Shown here piece after piece: positions 25,296 through 37,630 of a stretch of DNA of 64,000 bases; the stretch's first letter is position 1; each line of letters starts with the position of its first letter. This stretch comes from Octopus sinensis (Eukaryota): assembly GCF_006345805.1 (NCBI RefSeq), contig NW_021835233.1:62001-126000 (forward strand). Direction: 5' to 3'. Below the pieces are notes generated by a model that was given only the letters and a program-made list of their open reading frames with translations, ran no database searches and was not told where the DNA came from. The position numbers were made by a program, and so were the translations under genes.

Positions 25296-26084
25296 TAATT
25301 AAGTATATATATATATATATATACACACACACGCACACATACATATATCTGTGTGTGTGTGTCTGTGTTGGTCCCTCCACCATTGCTTGACAACTGGTGT
25401 TGGTGTGTTTACATCCCTATAACTTAGTGGTTTGGCAAAATGATTGAAACTAGTAAAATAATAAAATAATGAAAGAATACAACTACATAATGCCAGGTGG
25501 AGATCTGATATGAGCAACATTTGGCTGGTATTTCTAGCATATTAATTGACCTCACCAAGACTTCCTCGTTGGGGAGTTTGTCATTGAGACTAATCTTGGG
25601 ATAACTTTGTTTTCATGGTTACTGTGCCAAAATAAACAATAAATTTTACTCTATTATTTCTTGGAATAGTCTGGAAACTATATTTATTAGAATTTTGTTC
25701 TTTAGTTTAATTTTTATTTCACGTTTATTTTGTTAGTGTGGTGTTACATGCCCACACATTTTGATTTTAATATTTTTTTTTTGCAGTATTTGCAAATTTT
25801 ACTATTACAGTTGTGGAGGCGTCATTACCGTTTTCTTCGTTGGATTTAGAATGTGTCTGTGATTATTTCCATAATGCAGCTTAGTAACTAAATCTAAATG
25901 TAATATTTGGTTAGTCGATTGTAATTAAGTCAATACCAATCTTAGAATGGAGTTAGAAAATCTCTTCTCTGAAAGTGTAATTTGTACTTAACGGCAACGG
26001 AAGCGGTATTAATGGTAAATGGGAATCCTGATTTCCAACATAATGTGCAGTTTGTGTTAGAACATAGAATACTGTGTTATTTAC

Positions 26085-26425
26085 CCGAGTGTGGTCGATG
26101 CCAGTGCCAATGGACTGGCTATCGTGCCAGTGGTACGTAAAAAGTTATATTTGAGCGTGGTCATTGCCAGCGCTGTCTGACTGGCTCCTGTGCCGGTGGC
26201 ATGCAGAAAGCACCATTTGAGCATGGTTGTTGCCAGTGTTGCCTGATAGGCTCCTGTGCCAGTGGCACATGAAAAGTACCATTCGAGCATAGTTGAAGAT
26301 AGTGTCACCTGACTGGCCCCCATGCCAGTAGTACATAAATTGCACCCACTACACTCTCGGAATGGTTGGCGTTAGGAAGGGCATCCAGCTGTAGAAACAT
26401 TGCCAGATCAGATTTGAGCCTGGTA
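26085..26425 (+). mobile_element. Family C (RTE 3' UTR) module array, tail truncated
   Basis: Four to five gtgcc(a/g)gtggcac…aagcaccatt(t/c)gagc modules followed by cccactacactctcgg. Confidence 0.75.
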
Positions 26426-26450
26426 TATATATGTATGTATACACATGCAT

Positions 26451-26499
<49 letters not shown>

Positions 26500-26837
26500 T
26501 ATAAGAGAGTGACCACCATGTGGTCTACTCTAGCACTAAAAATAGATCCACAAGGTTTCAGCCACAAAAGAAATTGTTTCCGTTGAAAGTTAGCACTACT
26601 ACCAGCGCAAATGAACAGGGCAAATAAACATAACAAAATGTAGATTAGTTCGAGACAATTGTTTCGCTATTAATAAATTATGTAATTTTACTTACATAAA
26701 TTTATCTTTTTATGCACTAAGCCACTTGGTGGTAAATGGATGTGCTATTAAATTAGTACCCAATTTTCTCACCCTTATCGGTTGATTATATATTATATAT
26801 ATATATATAAAGACACACACATAGACATACATACATA

Positions 26838-26884
<47 letters not shown>

Positions 26885-26893
26885 ATATTAAAT

Positions 26894-27298
26894 AGGCGCA
26901 GGAGTGGCTGTGTTGTAAGTAGCTTGCTAACCAACCACATGGTTACATGGTTCTGGGTTCAGTCCCACTGCGTGGCATCTTGGGCAAGGGTCTTCTGCTA
27001 TAGCCCCGGGCCGACCAATGCTTTGTGAGTGGATTTGGTAGACGGAAACTGAAAGAAGCCTGTCGTATATATGTATATATATATATATGTGTATGTGTGT
27101 TTGTGTTTGTCCCCCTAGCATTGCTTGACAACTGATGCTGGTGTGTTTACGTCCCCGTCACTTAGCGGTTCGGCAAAAGAGACCGATAAAATAAGTACTG
27201 GGCTTACAAAGAATAAGTCCCGGGGTCGATTTGCTCGACTAAAGGCAGTGCTCCAGCATGGCCGCAGTCAAATGACTGAAACAAGTAAAAAAGAGAAA
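26894..27298 (+). mobile_element. SINE family A, full length
   Basis: Family A architecture. Confidence 0.85.
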
Positions 27299-27735
27299 GA
27301 GAGATATATTATCATCATCATCATAATCATTTAACGCCCATTGTCCATGTGCCATGCTGGCAAGCTGGAAGGCAGCACCAGACCAGGCTGATTTGGCATG
27401 GTTTTCTATGGCTGGATGCCCTTCCTAATGCCAACCACTCCGAGAGTGTGATGAGTGCTTTCATGTGCCCCTGGCATGGGTGTCATTTGTGCAACACCAG
27501 TATCTACTATAACTGATTTTGCTCGGTTTGATGAGTCTTCTTCTCAAGCACGACATAATGCCAAAGGGCTCGGTCATTGCCTTCATGTGGCCCAACTCTC
27601 GAAAGGAACTCAGCCCCTTTGCCTCTGTGAGGCCCAATGCTCAGAAGGAACATCATCAATATATCATATATTCAAAAAGGAAGCACAACATAGAGTAGCA
27701 GTGTATTTATATGTAGCTAAGTCTACGTCTGGTCA

Positions 27736-27799
27736 TAGAGTGACCAATGGTTTTGCATCAATAAAGGGCTTAGCCCCATAGACGTCTCATCAGACTCTA
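27736..27799 (-). ncRNA. Type I hammerhead ribozyme motif with one core substitution (G12>A)
   Basis: Minus strand reads TAGAGT-CTGATGA-GACGTC…GGGC TAA GCCC…GATGC-AAAAC-CATTG-GTC-ACTCTA. Helix I is 6 bp perfect; helix III is the near-palindrome ACCA-T-TGGT. Confidence 0.65.
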
Positions 27800-28799
27800 A
27801 AGCCAAAGACAAATATAACTCTCTCTCTCTCTCTCTCTAGATATACACATGCACACACAATAGGCTTCTTTCAGTTTCCATCCATCAATTTCACTCACAA
27901 AGCTTTGGTTGGCCCAAGGCTATATAGAAGACACTTGCCCAAGGTGCCACGCAGTGGGACTGAACCCAGAACCATGTGGCTGGGAAACAAATTTTTTTAC
28001 CACTGAGTCATACCTGAAGCTTTGCATTAATTTATTTTGAAAATAACGAAGAAATTAGTAAACTAACTTTGTCGTTATGAAGATAGTGTTTTTAACATAA
28101 ATTAACATGAAATTTTGATAGAAGATTTGAATTTGCATGACTTTAAGTGCCGGCTGACTAGTCCCATGCTGGTAGCATGTAAAATGCACCATTTGAGCAT
28201 GGTTGTTGCCAGTGCCACTTGACTGGTCCCCATGCCAATGATATGTAAAAAGCACCATTCAAGCGGGTCGATGCCAGTATTACCTGGTGGGCCTTCATGC
28301 CAGTGGCATGTAAAAAGCACCCGCTATACTCTCGGAGTGGTTAGTGTTAGGAAGGGCATCCAGATGTAGAAACTGCCTGATCAGAATGGAGCCTGGTGCA
28401 GCCTTCTGGTTCGTCAGCCCTCATTCAAACTGTCCAACCCTTGCCAGCAGAGAAAGAGATCATCATCATCATCATTATCATTATCATCATTTAACGTCTG
28501 TTTTCTTTTTCCATGCTGGCATGGGTTGGATGGTTTAACCAGAGCTGGTAAGCTAGAGGGCTGCACCAGGTACCAGTCTGGTGTGGCATGGTTTCTGTGG
28601 CTGGATGCCCTTTGTAATGCCAACTACTTTACAGAGCGTGTTCTGGGTGCATTTACGTAGCATCAGCAAAAAAAAAAAGGTTAAACCATTAAACAATCAT
28701 TGCAAAAGTCAAATCCCTGCAACCTGTACGTGTCTACTTTGAAAGCATCAGTGTTCTCATTTTCATTTCCAACCCATGCCAGCATGGAAGACAGACATT

Positions 28800-29085
28800 A
28801 CAGTTAAGATGAAGATGATGGTGGTGATGATGATGATGGTGGTGGTGGTGGTGGTGTTGGTAGTGATGATAATAGTGATGATGATGATGATGGTGATGTT
28901 GGTGGTAGTGGTGGTGGTGATGATGATGATGTTGTTGTTGGTGGTGATGATGGTGATGCTGATGGTGGTGATGTTGGTGGTGGTAGTGGTGATGATAATG
29001 ATGTTGGTGGTGGTGGTGGTGGTGATGATGATGATGATGGTGGTGATAATGGTGATGTTGGTGGTGGTGGTGCTGATGGTGGTGA
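28800..29085. repeat. Degenerate (GAT)/(GGT) trinucleotide array
   Basis: Directly visible. Confidence 0.9.
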
Positions 29086-29354
29086 TTTCTTTTCGTAGAT
29101 TCTATATTTTTTTTCCGTTAGGAATAAAAGAAATATTAAAAACAACAGCAATAACGCATCGACAATACAAACAACACAAAACAACAACAACAACAGCAAC
29201 AACAAATCTACAGTGTGATTGAAGTTTGTTTTTTCATTCCGTTTGGGAGTTTGAAATCTAACCACAAAGATGCACAGTAACATACTTTCAGCAGATTTTG
29301 GTTGGGAAGAGGAGAAAAATAAATTTTTGGAAGTGATATGAGAGGCCTTTAATG

Positions 29355-29417
29355 CATTATTATTATTATTATTATATTATTATTATATTATTATTATTAC
29401 TATTATTATTATTGTTG

Positions 29418-29454
<37 letters not shown>

Positions 29455-29498
29455 TACTATTATTATTATTATTATTATTATTATCGTTATTACTATTA

Positions 29499-29529
<31 letters not shown>

Positions 29530-29567
29530 CATCATTATTATCATCATCATTATTATCATCATCATCA

Positions 29568-29606
<39 letters not shown>

Positions 29607-29659
29607 TATTACTATTACTATTATTATTATTATTATTATTATTATTATCATTATTATTA

Positions 29660-29702
<43 letters not shown>

Positions 29703-29737
29703 TATTATTATTATTATTATTATCCTTATTATTATTA

Positions 29738-29771
<34 letters not shown>

Positions 29772-29900
29772 CATTATTATTATTATTGATGTTATTGTTA
29801 TTATTATTAACATCAGTAATTATTGTTATTATTATCATTAATTGTTGTTGTTATTATTATTATTATTATTATTGTTGTTGTTGTTGTTGTTGTTGTTAAT
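29355..29900. repeat. (ATT)n array with CAT/GTT interruptions
   Basis: Directly visible. Confidence 0.95.
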
Positions 29901-30584
29901 GCCTTTAAGCCACGTTGGTAGTCTCTGAGTGGAGGAATGGGTTTCTTTCTTGGAATATTTCTGTTTATTCTGTTTATTGATTGGTTGTAATTGAAAAGAT
30001 CTGAAGTTGTTGCTGTTTCAATTTCTTCATTTAATAATTTTTTGTTGTTTTTTTTTCGTTTTTTTTTTGTTTTTAACATTGAAAACATGCTCACGATTCC
30101 GTGAGATTTGGGAGATATTTTCTGAAAAGAAAAAAAAAACAAAAAAAAACAAAAACAAAGAAAACCCTGAAAAAAACTTCAGGAGTTCAAGGGAACAGGA
30201 TAGTGAAATTTTAGTTCCTTATTATTAATTTTTTGGTTGCTTTATTGTCTGTAAAAAAATATAAAAAAAAAGCAAATTGGGTTTTGATGTCCGTTTCTGT
30301 AAAGATTTCGAAAAATGAAAAGAAATTTTAAAAGTTAAATAAGAAGAATTCTTTTGTTCGGGTCACTGGGTATAAGAATTTGGAAAACAATGTTGCCAAA
30401 ATGTATATCTTTGCCTATCTAACATTGATGGAAAGTTTGTTGATGGTTAATACTTTGGGATATCAGAAGCAAATAGATCAATTATTAAGAGCTTTCTCTC
30501 TCTACAAACATACATACATACGTATACACACAAACACACACACACATGCTCACACACACTCACACACACATGCATACATACATG

Positions 30585-30717
30585 CTGCCTTAATACCAAT
30601 CTTGAGAAATTAGGCTTCTCAAAACCAGAAAGGAGAAAGCTAATTCGAAGACTACAGATCCAATCCATCACTGGAACTGTAAATATCTGTAAAACTTTAC
30701 AGAAGTTTATCATTTAA
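30585..30717 (+). mobile_element. R4/Dong-like non-LTR retrotransposon, extreme C-terminal fragment
   Basis: Reads CLNTNLEKLGFSKPERRKLIRRLQIQSITGTVNICKTLQKFII*, resembling the end of restriction-like-endonuclease LINE ORFs. Confidence 0.55.
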
Positions 30718-30739
30718 ATATATATGAACATGTTTAGAT

Positions 30740-31490
30740 CATCATCACCATCATTGTTTAACGTCTGCTTTCCATGCTAGCATGGGTTCGACGATTTGAC
30801 TGAGGACTGACCAACCAGATGGCTGCACCAGGCAACAATCTGATCTGGCAGAGTTTCTACAGTTGGATGCCCTTCCTAACGCCAACCACTCCGAGAGTGT
30901 AGTGGGTGCTTTTACGTGCCACTGGCATGAGGGCCAGTCAGGCGGTACTGGCAACAGCCATGCTCAAGTGGTGTATTTTACGTTCCACCTGCACAGGAGC
31001 CAGTCCAGTGGCACTGGTAACAACCTCGTTTGAATGTTTTTCACGTGTCACTGGCACAAGTGCCAGTAAGGTGATGCTGGTAATGATCACGTATGAATGA
31101 TGCTTTTTATGTTCCACTGGCATAGAATCCAGTCAGCTGCTCTGGCAGTGATCATGCTCAGATGGTGCTCTTATCGCTCCTCTAGCATGGGTGCCGGTCA
31201 TCAAATTTGTGAACTTGGTTTGATTTTGATTTCACTTGCCTCAACAGGTCTTCGCAAGCTGAGTTCAGTGCCCAATGAAGGAAAGGAATGCATAAGTGGG
31301 GTGGTTACACCCCTGGCATAGGCCACGGGTTATGATCTCATTTGACTTGCTGGGTCTTCTCACACACTGCAAATTTCCAAAGGCCTCGGTCACTGGTCAT
31401 TGCCTTGGTGAGGCCTGATGTTCAAAGGTCATACTTCACCACCTCATCCCAGGTCTTCCTGGATCTACCTCTTCCACAGGTTCCCTCAAC
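30740..31490 (-). mobile_element. 5'-truncated RTE-clade LINE 3' end (family C including ORF terminus)
   Basis: Minus strand reads VEGTCGRGRSRKTWDEVVKYDL*TSGLTKAMTSDRGLWKFAVCEKTQQVK* (RTE-type GRP..TW…DR..W terminus), contiguous with the family C UTR modules and (GAT)n tail. Confidence 0.8.
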
Positions 31491-31629
31491 TGCTAGAGTT
31501 ATTTTACTAAAGTCTTTATTATTCTTGAAATAAATCGAAACAAAAACAGGTATTTTAACAGGTGTATATTGATATCAAATTTTGGCACGAGGCCAGGAAT
31601 TTAGGGGCATAGAGTAAGTCAATGATACA

Positions 31630-33050
31630 GTGATACTATTATGCAGCTATTCGTGCATGATATTCACCAAATCTTTTGGTCCAGTAGCCTTGAACTCCAT
31701 CTGGTCCCGGGGCCTTCCATTTGCTCATTTTTTTTGCTGATTTCCTTCACTTCCCTAACTGAAATAACTAGTTCTGTCTGTTTTAGACAGACTACTGTTT
31801 GTTTCAGTTCTTGCAACCATTCAGCATCCTTCTTGCTACTCCTTGTCTTTGCTCCAGATATCATTCCAAAACCTTTAACTTTCAATATTATCTGGTATCA
31901 ACTTTTCATCTGTACACTCTTCCTTTATTTGTTTATAGAATCACTTCTAATCTACCCCGAATAACCTAATCTGGTGATAACCCTTCATTCTTTGGTCGTA
32001 TCTTACCATCTTTGCTTTCTTTGTAACGAGGCGCTATTTCAGTTCCTCCACTACTACTTACAGGCCCTTTCTTTCAATATTATACTTCCTTTTCAGCACC
32101 CTGTATTTTTGTCCACTTTTAAGCTCCCCTTCCTCTTTTTGGTCTAACACAGAAATGTCCTTCGAGAGCATGTCTAACCCTGCCTGGATTCTTTTTTTCC
32201 CCCATGGATCTTTTCTTTTGCCACTCCCATTATATTTCTTTTTCTTGACATCAACACCCATGTTTTCTGCTACAATACTTGCTGCCTTGATCAAATTATT
32301 TGTTTCTGTGATGATTGTTCTGATCTATTTCAGAATTTCATTGACATTGTTCGTTTCTTGGTTCAATTTCCATCAATCAACCTTTTTAAGGTTGCAAATA
32401 ATGTCGTTCTCCTGTAGTCTTGTCTTTATTCTCTCATAGATTGCCTTTTGTTCATCTGTCATGTTGCTATTAGTTTTATTGTCTTCTTTTAGATCATCTA
32501 TATGTCTCTCATCAAGTAAGCTACCACTGCTCCTTTCCTGTGCTATGAGATTACTCTTATTTTCATTCTTATCTATGCTGCTATTGTCCATTATCCGTCT
32601 TTTGATAGCTTCCAGCTCTACTTCTGTGAACCAACAATTTTTTACTTATTGCTCTAGCTTGATCACATCTCTGTTCCATGAGTTGAAACAATCCCTTTTC
32701 ACTCCAATGATCTTACATACGTTGTCAGTAACCCCTAATTTGAGCACCATTTTCATCTACCGGGCTGCTCAGGTAGTAACACTCCATGACCACAGCATTA
32801 ATTTGTTTTCTACATCTATACCATGTGTGGTGGTCCCTTTCTGGATATCGACAGACTGGAGCCAGACCAGAATCTCTGAGCTTACTGGGTGCAGCACTGT
32901 CACCATCAAGGGCTTCAGTTTCATTACCACTGTTATTCACAATATTTTGTTTTTTCATTATCACTCATATGAGGTAGCGATTATCAGGTTGCACAATTAC
33001 CAGTGTTTTTATTGTGACACTATCACTAATTGTATTATTATTATTACTGG
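31630..33050 (-). mobile_element. Decayed R4/Dong-clade non-LTR retrotransposon fragment (pre-RT region)
   Basis: Broken ORFs KDPWGKKRIQAGLDMLSKDISVL…KYNIERKGL*VVVEELK*RLVTKKAKMVRYDQR…QIRLF…DAEWLQELK…EGPG…QKIW match the R4/Dong N-terminal-to-RT pattern. Multiple stops and frameshifts. Confidence 0.75.
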
Positions 33051-33751
33051 CCTCCATGCTGTGGGCACGTAACAAACACCATCCGATCGTGGCCGTTCGC
33101 CAGCCTCATCTGGCACCTGTGTCGGTGGCACATAAAAACACCATCCGAAGACCCGGCAAGACTAGTCAGGCCATAACCCGTGGCCCCTACCTGGGACGTA
33201 GTCAGTCCACCTGTGCATACCTTCCTTCTTGTGACACTTGTGAAGACCTGTTGAGGCAAGTGAAAATCAAAACAAATCAAAATAGATGAACATCAATGGA
33301 ATTTGTATCTTTGTGGTACCAGTGCCGGTGGCACGTGGCACACAAGAAAACCATCCGAACGTGGCCGTAGCCAGTACCGCATCGACTGGTCTCCGTGCTG
33401 TGGGCACGTAACAAACACCATCTGATCGTGGCCGTTTGCCAGCCTCATCTGGCACCTGTGTCGGTGGCACATAAAAACACCATCCGAGCGTGGCCGTCTG
33501 CCAGCCTCGTCTGGCACCTGTGTCGGTGGCACATAAAAAACACCATCCGAGCGTGGCCGTTTGCCAGCCTTGTCTGGCACCTGTGTCGGTGGCACATAAA
33601 ATCACCCACTACACTCTCGGAGTGGTTGGCGTTAGGAATGGCATCCAGCTGTAGAAACACTGCCAGATCTGACTGGACTGGTGCAGCTTTCGGGCTCCCC
33701 AGACCCCAGTTGAACCGTCCAACCCATGCTAGCATGGAAAGCGGACGTTAA

Positions 33752-33790
<39 letters not shown>
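33050..33790 (+). mobile_element. Family C (RTE 3' UTR) with expanded modules
   Basis: Repeated ccatccga(t/g)cgtggccgt(t/c)tgccagcct…ctggcacctgtgtcggtggcacataaaa units, then the conserved tail. Confidence 0.8.
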
Positions 33791-33842
<52 letters not shown>

Positions 33843-33864
33843 CATCATTATTATTATTATTGAG

Positions 33865-34290
33865 TGAGAGAGCAGTGCATCAAAGTGATACTGGGGTAAA
33901 ATATATGAAGCCCAATATACCCATCATGACTACCCATCTGATAAGGGTACACCAGGCACATGCATCAGAACCATATGTGCGCGACATGGTGATCTCATAT
34001 CAAGATAAACAGCACATGACCTTGCAGGTGAGACCCAGTTAGAATTTTCTTCTGGTTGAGTAACCCATCCCGCTGAAAAGGTCTCTGAATAAGAGTTGTT
34101 TAAGGATGTTGAACGAACCACCCATGTTTCCAGAGGTGAATTACTCAAACCCCAAAGAATCCCTCTCAACACACGGCTATGATGCTCCCCAACTACTTCT
34201 GCTCGTGATCAGAGATGCACATATCGTCAGCCACTAAGGGACATGCTCAACTGGTTATGGTCAAACAACTGACAAGCAAATCTGTGCTAT
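33865..34290. mobile_element. Interspersed repeat, probable non-LTR retrotransposon fragment
   Basis: Bounded by (ATT)n arrays and resembles an octopus LINE-related repeat as I recall it. No decisive motif. Confidence 0.35.
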
Positions 34291-34299
34291 TGAGCAGAA

Positions 34300-34353
<54 letters not shown>

Positions 34354-34689
34354 ATATTTTGTTTCATTTTCCAGTCTTTTACAGAGTTTCGTCTCCAAAA
34401 ATTGATGGAAACGTTTTTTTTTCCTTATTTTGTTATCTAGTGAAATAATACTTGAGGTGATTGGTGGGTGGAACAAAATTCTATATAATTGCAAAAAATT
34501 ACCCAAAAAATGTAAAGAAAAAAATAGAAACCTAGTAACAACAACAACAACATGCTGTGCTGGCTTATCCAAGATTAGGAAGTCTACTGATATAAAACCT
34601 GATTAAATAAATAGGGTGTCTGTCTGAGAAGCTCTGCTCACAACTGTTAGTGTTTTTCTTGTTTAGCATTATTAATTTATATCCTCTAC

Positions 34690-35390
34690 TCATCATCATC
34701 ATCATTATCATCACCAGCACCATTACCACTATCACCACCACCACTACCACCACCACCACCACCACCACCACACCGCCACCACTACCACCACCACCACCAC
34801 CACCACCACCACCACCACTACCACCACCACCAACCACCACCACCACCACCACCACCACCACTACCACTACCACCACCACCACCACCACCACCACTACCAC
34901 CACCACCACCACCACCACCACCACTACCACCACCACCACTACCACCACCACCACCACCACTACCACCACCACCACCACCACTACCACTACCACCACCACC
35001 ACCACCACCACCACCACTACCACACCACCACCACCACCACCACCACCACCACCACCGCCACCACCACCACCACTACCACCACCACCACCACCACCACCAC
35101 CACCACCACTATCACCACAACCATTACCACTATCACCACCACTACCACTGTCGGCCCCCACCACTTGAACACCACCACATCACCACCACCATCACCATCA
35201 CCACCACCACCACCACCATCACTACCACCACACTATCACCACAACCATTACCACTATCACCACCACTACCACTGTCTCAAGATCACTACTACTAACCTGG
35301 CCATCACTACAGATGCTGTCAGTACTACAACCACCACCACCACCACCACCACCACCACCACCACCACCACCACCACCACCACCACCATAT
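34690..35390. repeat. (ACC)n/(ACT) trinucleotide array, about 700 bp
   Basis: Directly visible; source of the poly-T/P/G/V ORFs. Confidence 0.95.
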
Positions 35391-35592
35391 GCCATTGAAA
35401 GAACTTATCCTGATTTCTTCAAGGCATTTCAGTTGGATGTACAAGAGCCCCCATCTCCAAGGAATGTGTTGCCGTTCTGTTGCAGGGTTAACAGGCACCC
35501 CACACTGCCCAGCTGCCACCATTACGTGTTCATGGCTGAGTAGACTGCAGCAACGTGGAGTGAAATACCTTGCAGAAGGCCACAAGGTGTTG

Positions 35593-36040
35593 CTGGAGAA
35601 TCCTTGACATACACCTGGAGAATCCTTGACATACACCTGGAGAATCCTTGACATACACCTGGAGAATCCTTGACATACACCTGGAGAATCCTTGACATAC
35701 ACCTGAGAATCCTTGACTACACCTGGAGAATCCTGACATACACCTGGAGAATCCTTGACATACACCTGGAGAATCCTTGACATACACCTGGAGAATCCTT
35801 GACATACACCTGGAGAATCCTTGACATACACCTGGAGAATCCTTGACATACACCTGGAGAATCCTTGACATACACCTGGAGAATCCTTGACATACACCTG
35901 GAGAATCCTTGACATACACCTGGAGAATCCTTGACATACACCTGGAGAATCCTTGACATACACCTGGAGAATCCTTGACATACACCTGGAGAATCCTTGA
36001 CATACACCTGGAGAATCCTTGACATACACCTGGAGAATCC
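35593..36040. repeat. 22-bp minisatellite (CTGGAGAATCCTTGACATACAC)n, about 20 units
   Basis: Near-perfect tandem units; the 22-aa periodicity of the ORFs confirms a 22-nt unit. Confidence 0.95.
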
Positions 36041-36600
36041 ATGTACATACACCTGCACATGTACATCAACACATACCTTTGTTCACACACACACAAACAC
36101 ACATCATCACATACACATACGTGCACGTACACACACACACACCTTCATGCACACAGATACACACACAAACACACATCTTCACATACACACACACCTCCAC
36201 GCACGCGCGCACACCTTCATGCACACACACACAAACACTTTGCATGCATATGCATACCTTTACACACACGCACATACATACACACATACATAAATACACA
36301 TACACCTTCACACACACACAAACTTTTGCATGCATACACACACCTTTGCACACACACCTTTACACATACACACAACTCTGCACACACACACAGCTTTACA
36401 TAGGCACCCCCACACACTTACTCACTCACACAACATACACACCTGCACACACACCTTTGCACACACACACACACAGGCATACATACATACACACACATGC
36501 ACAAACATTTGCATGCATACACACACCTTTGCACACACACACACCTTTACACATACACACAACTCTGTACACACATGCACACATACACACACACCTTTAG
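36041..36600. repeat. Degenerate CA-rich low-complexity array
   Basis: Directly visible. Confidence 0.85.
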
Positions 36601-36820
36601 CTAAGTCCCCCCCCCCATGCACACACTCACCCACTCACACAACACGGCCATTCACCTTTTCGCTTGCTCCACTCCCCTCCCCACCCACATTCACACATCA
36701 GGTAAAGTGCCATTTATTCTTGTATTCTCCAATTCTCATCTCTAAACTCTAACAGCAAATGCAATTATGTCATCATTAATTATTAATTACATCTTCGTTT
36801 CTGCGTCTCTCTCTTTGTAG

Positions 36821-36900
36821 ACAGGTGAACAGAAAGTTCGTATTGAACGACCTGATGCCCACAATAACCCAATTTGGGGGATTGCCTGGAACCCCAGCCA
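36821..36900 (+). CDS. IFT122: IFT122 internal coding exon
   Basis: ctctttgtAG acceptor and CA|gtgagt donor. Translates TGEQKVRIERPDAHNNPIWGIAWNPS, matching IFT122 (N)[25 protein letters not shown]. Phase 0 start fits the 4442-4575 exon; ends in phase 2. Confidence 0.93.
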
Positions 36901-37004
36901 GTGAGTATGTCTTTTTGGCCATCATTTGTATTTGTGCCTAAATATATACCATCATCATCATCATCATCATCATTATAATCATCATCATCATCATCATCAT
37001 CGTC

Positions 37005-37630
37005 TTTTCCATACTGGCATGGAAAGCCAGGAGGCTGCACCAGGCTCCAATCTGATCTGGCAGTGTTTCTACAGCTGGATACCCTTCTTAACACCAACCA
37101 CTCTGAGAGTGTAGTGGCTGCTTTTTTTACGTGCCACTGGCATAGGGGTCGGAGGGGACTGGCATCGACCACAATCGGATGGTGCTTTTTATGTGCCACC
37201 AGCATGGGAGCCAGTCAAGGTGACGTTGGCATTGGCCACGTTCGGATAGTACTTTTTACCTGCCACCAGCACAGGAGCCAATTGGGGTGAAGGGACTGCC
37301 AGCCTTTAATGTCCATTGTCCATGCTGGCATGGGTTAGACGGTTTGACAGGGCTGGCATGCTGAAAGGCTGCACCAGCTTATAATCTGATTTGGTATGGT
37401 TTTTCTATGGCTGGATGGCCTTCCTAATGCCAACCACTCTGAGAGTGTAATGGGTACTTTTACATACTTCCAACACAGGTGTCATTTGCATAACACCAGG
37501 GTGTTTTTATGTGCCACTGGCACAGGTGCCAATTTGCATGACTCCAGTACCTGCCACTGGCTGCAATTTTGCTCGGCTCGATGGGTCGTCTTCTCATGCA
37601 CAACACAGTGCTAAAGGTCTCGGTCATTGC
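37005..37630 (-). mobile_element. Two adjacent family C (RTE 3' end) fragments
   Basis: Reverse complements of the conserved tail and modules. Confidence 0.7.

Larger units (their letters stand above)
4576..36820 (+). other. IFT122: IFT122 intron, 32,245 nt, GT-AG, phase 0
   Basis: Flanking exons join in frame and are contiguous relative to the IFT122 protein (…IRSK|TGEQK…), so no conserved exon is missing between them. Confidence 0.85.

Noticed and set aside
35593-36040. CRISPR-like array (also 6480-7110 and 62684-64000)
   Set aside because: Head-to-tail tandem units with no unique spacers, no cas genes, and a eukaryotic context.
36821-36824. Alternative acceptor 4 nt downstream (tag|acag|)
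   Set aside because: It would frameshift relative to the phase-0 upstream exon; the first AG gives the conserved reading.
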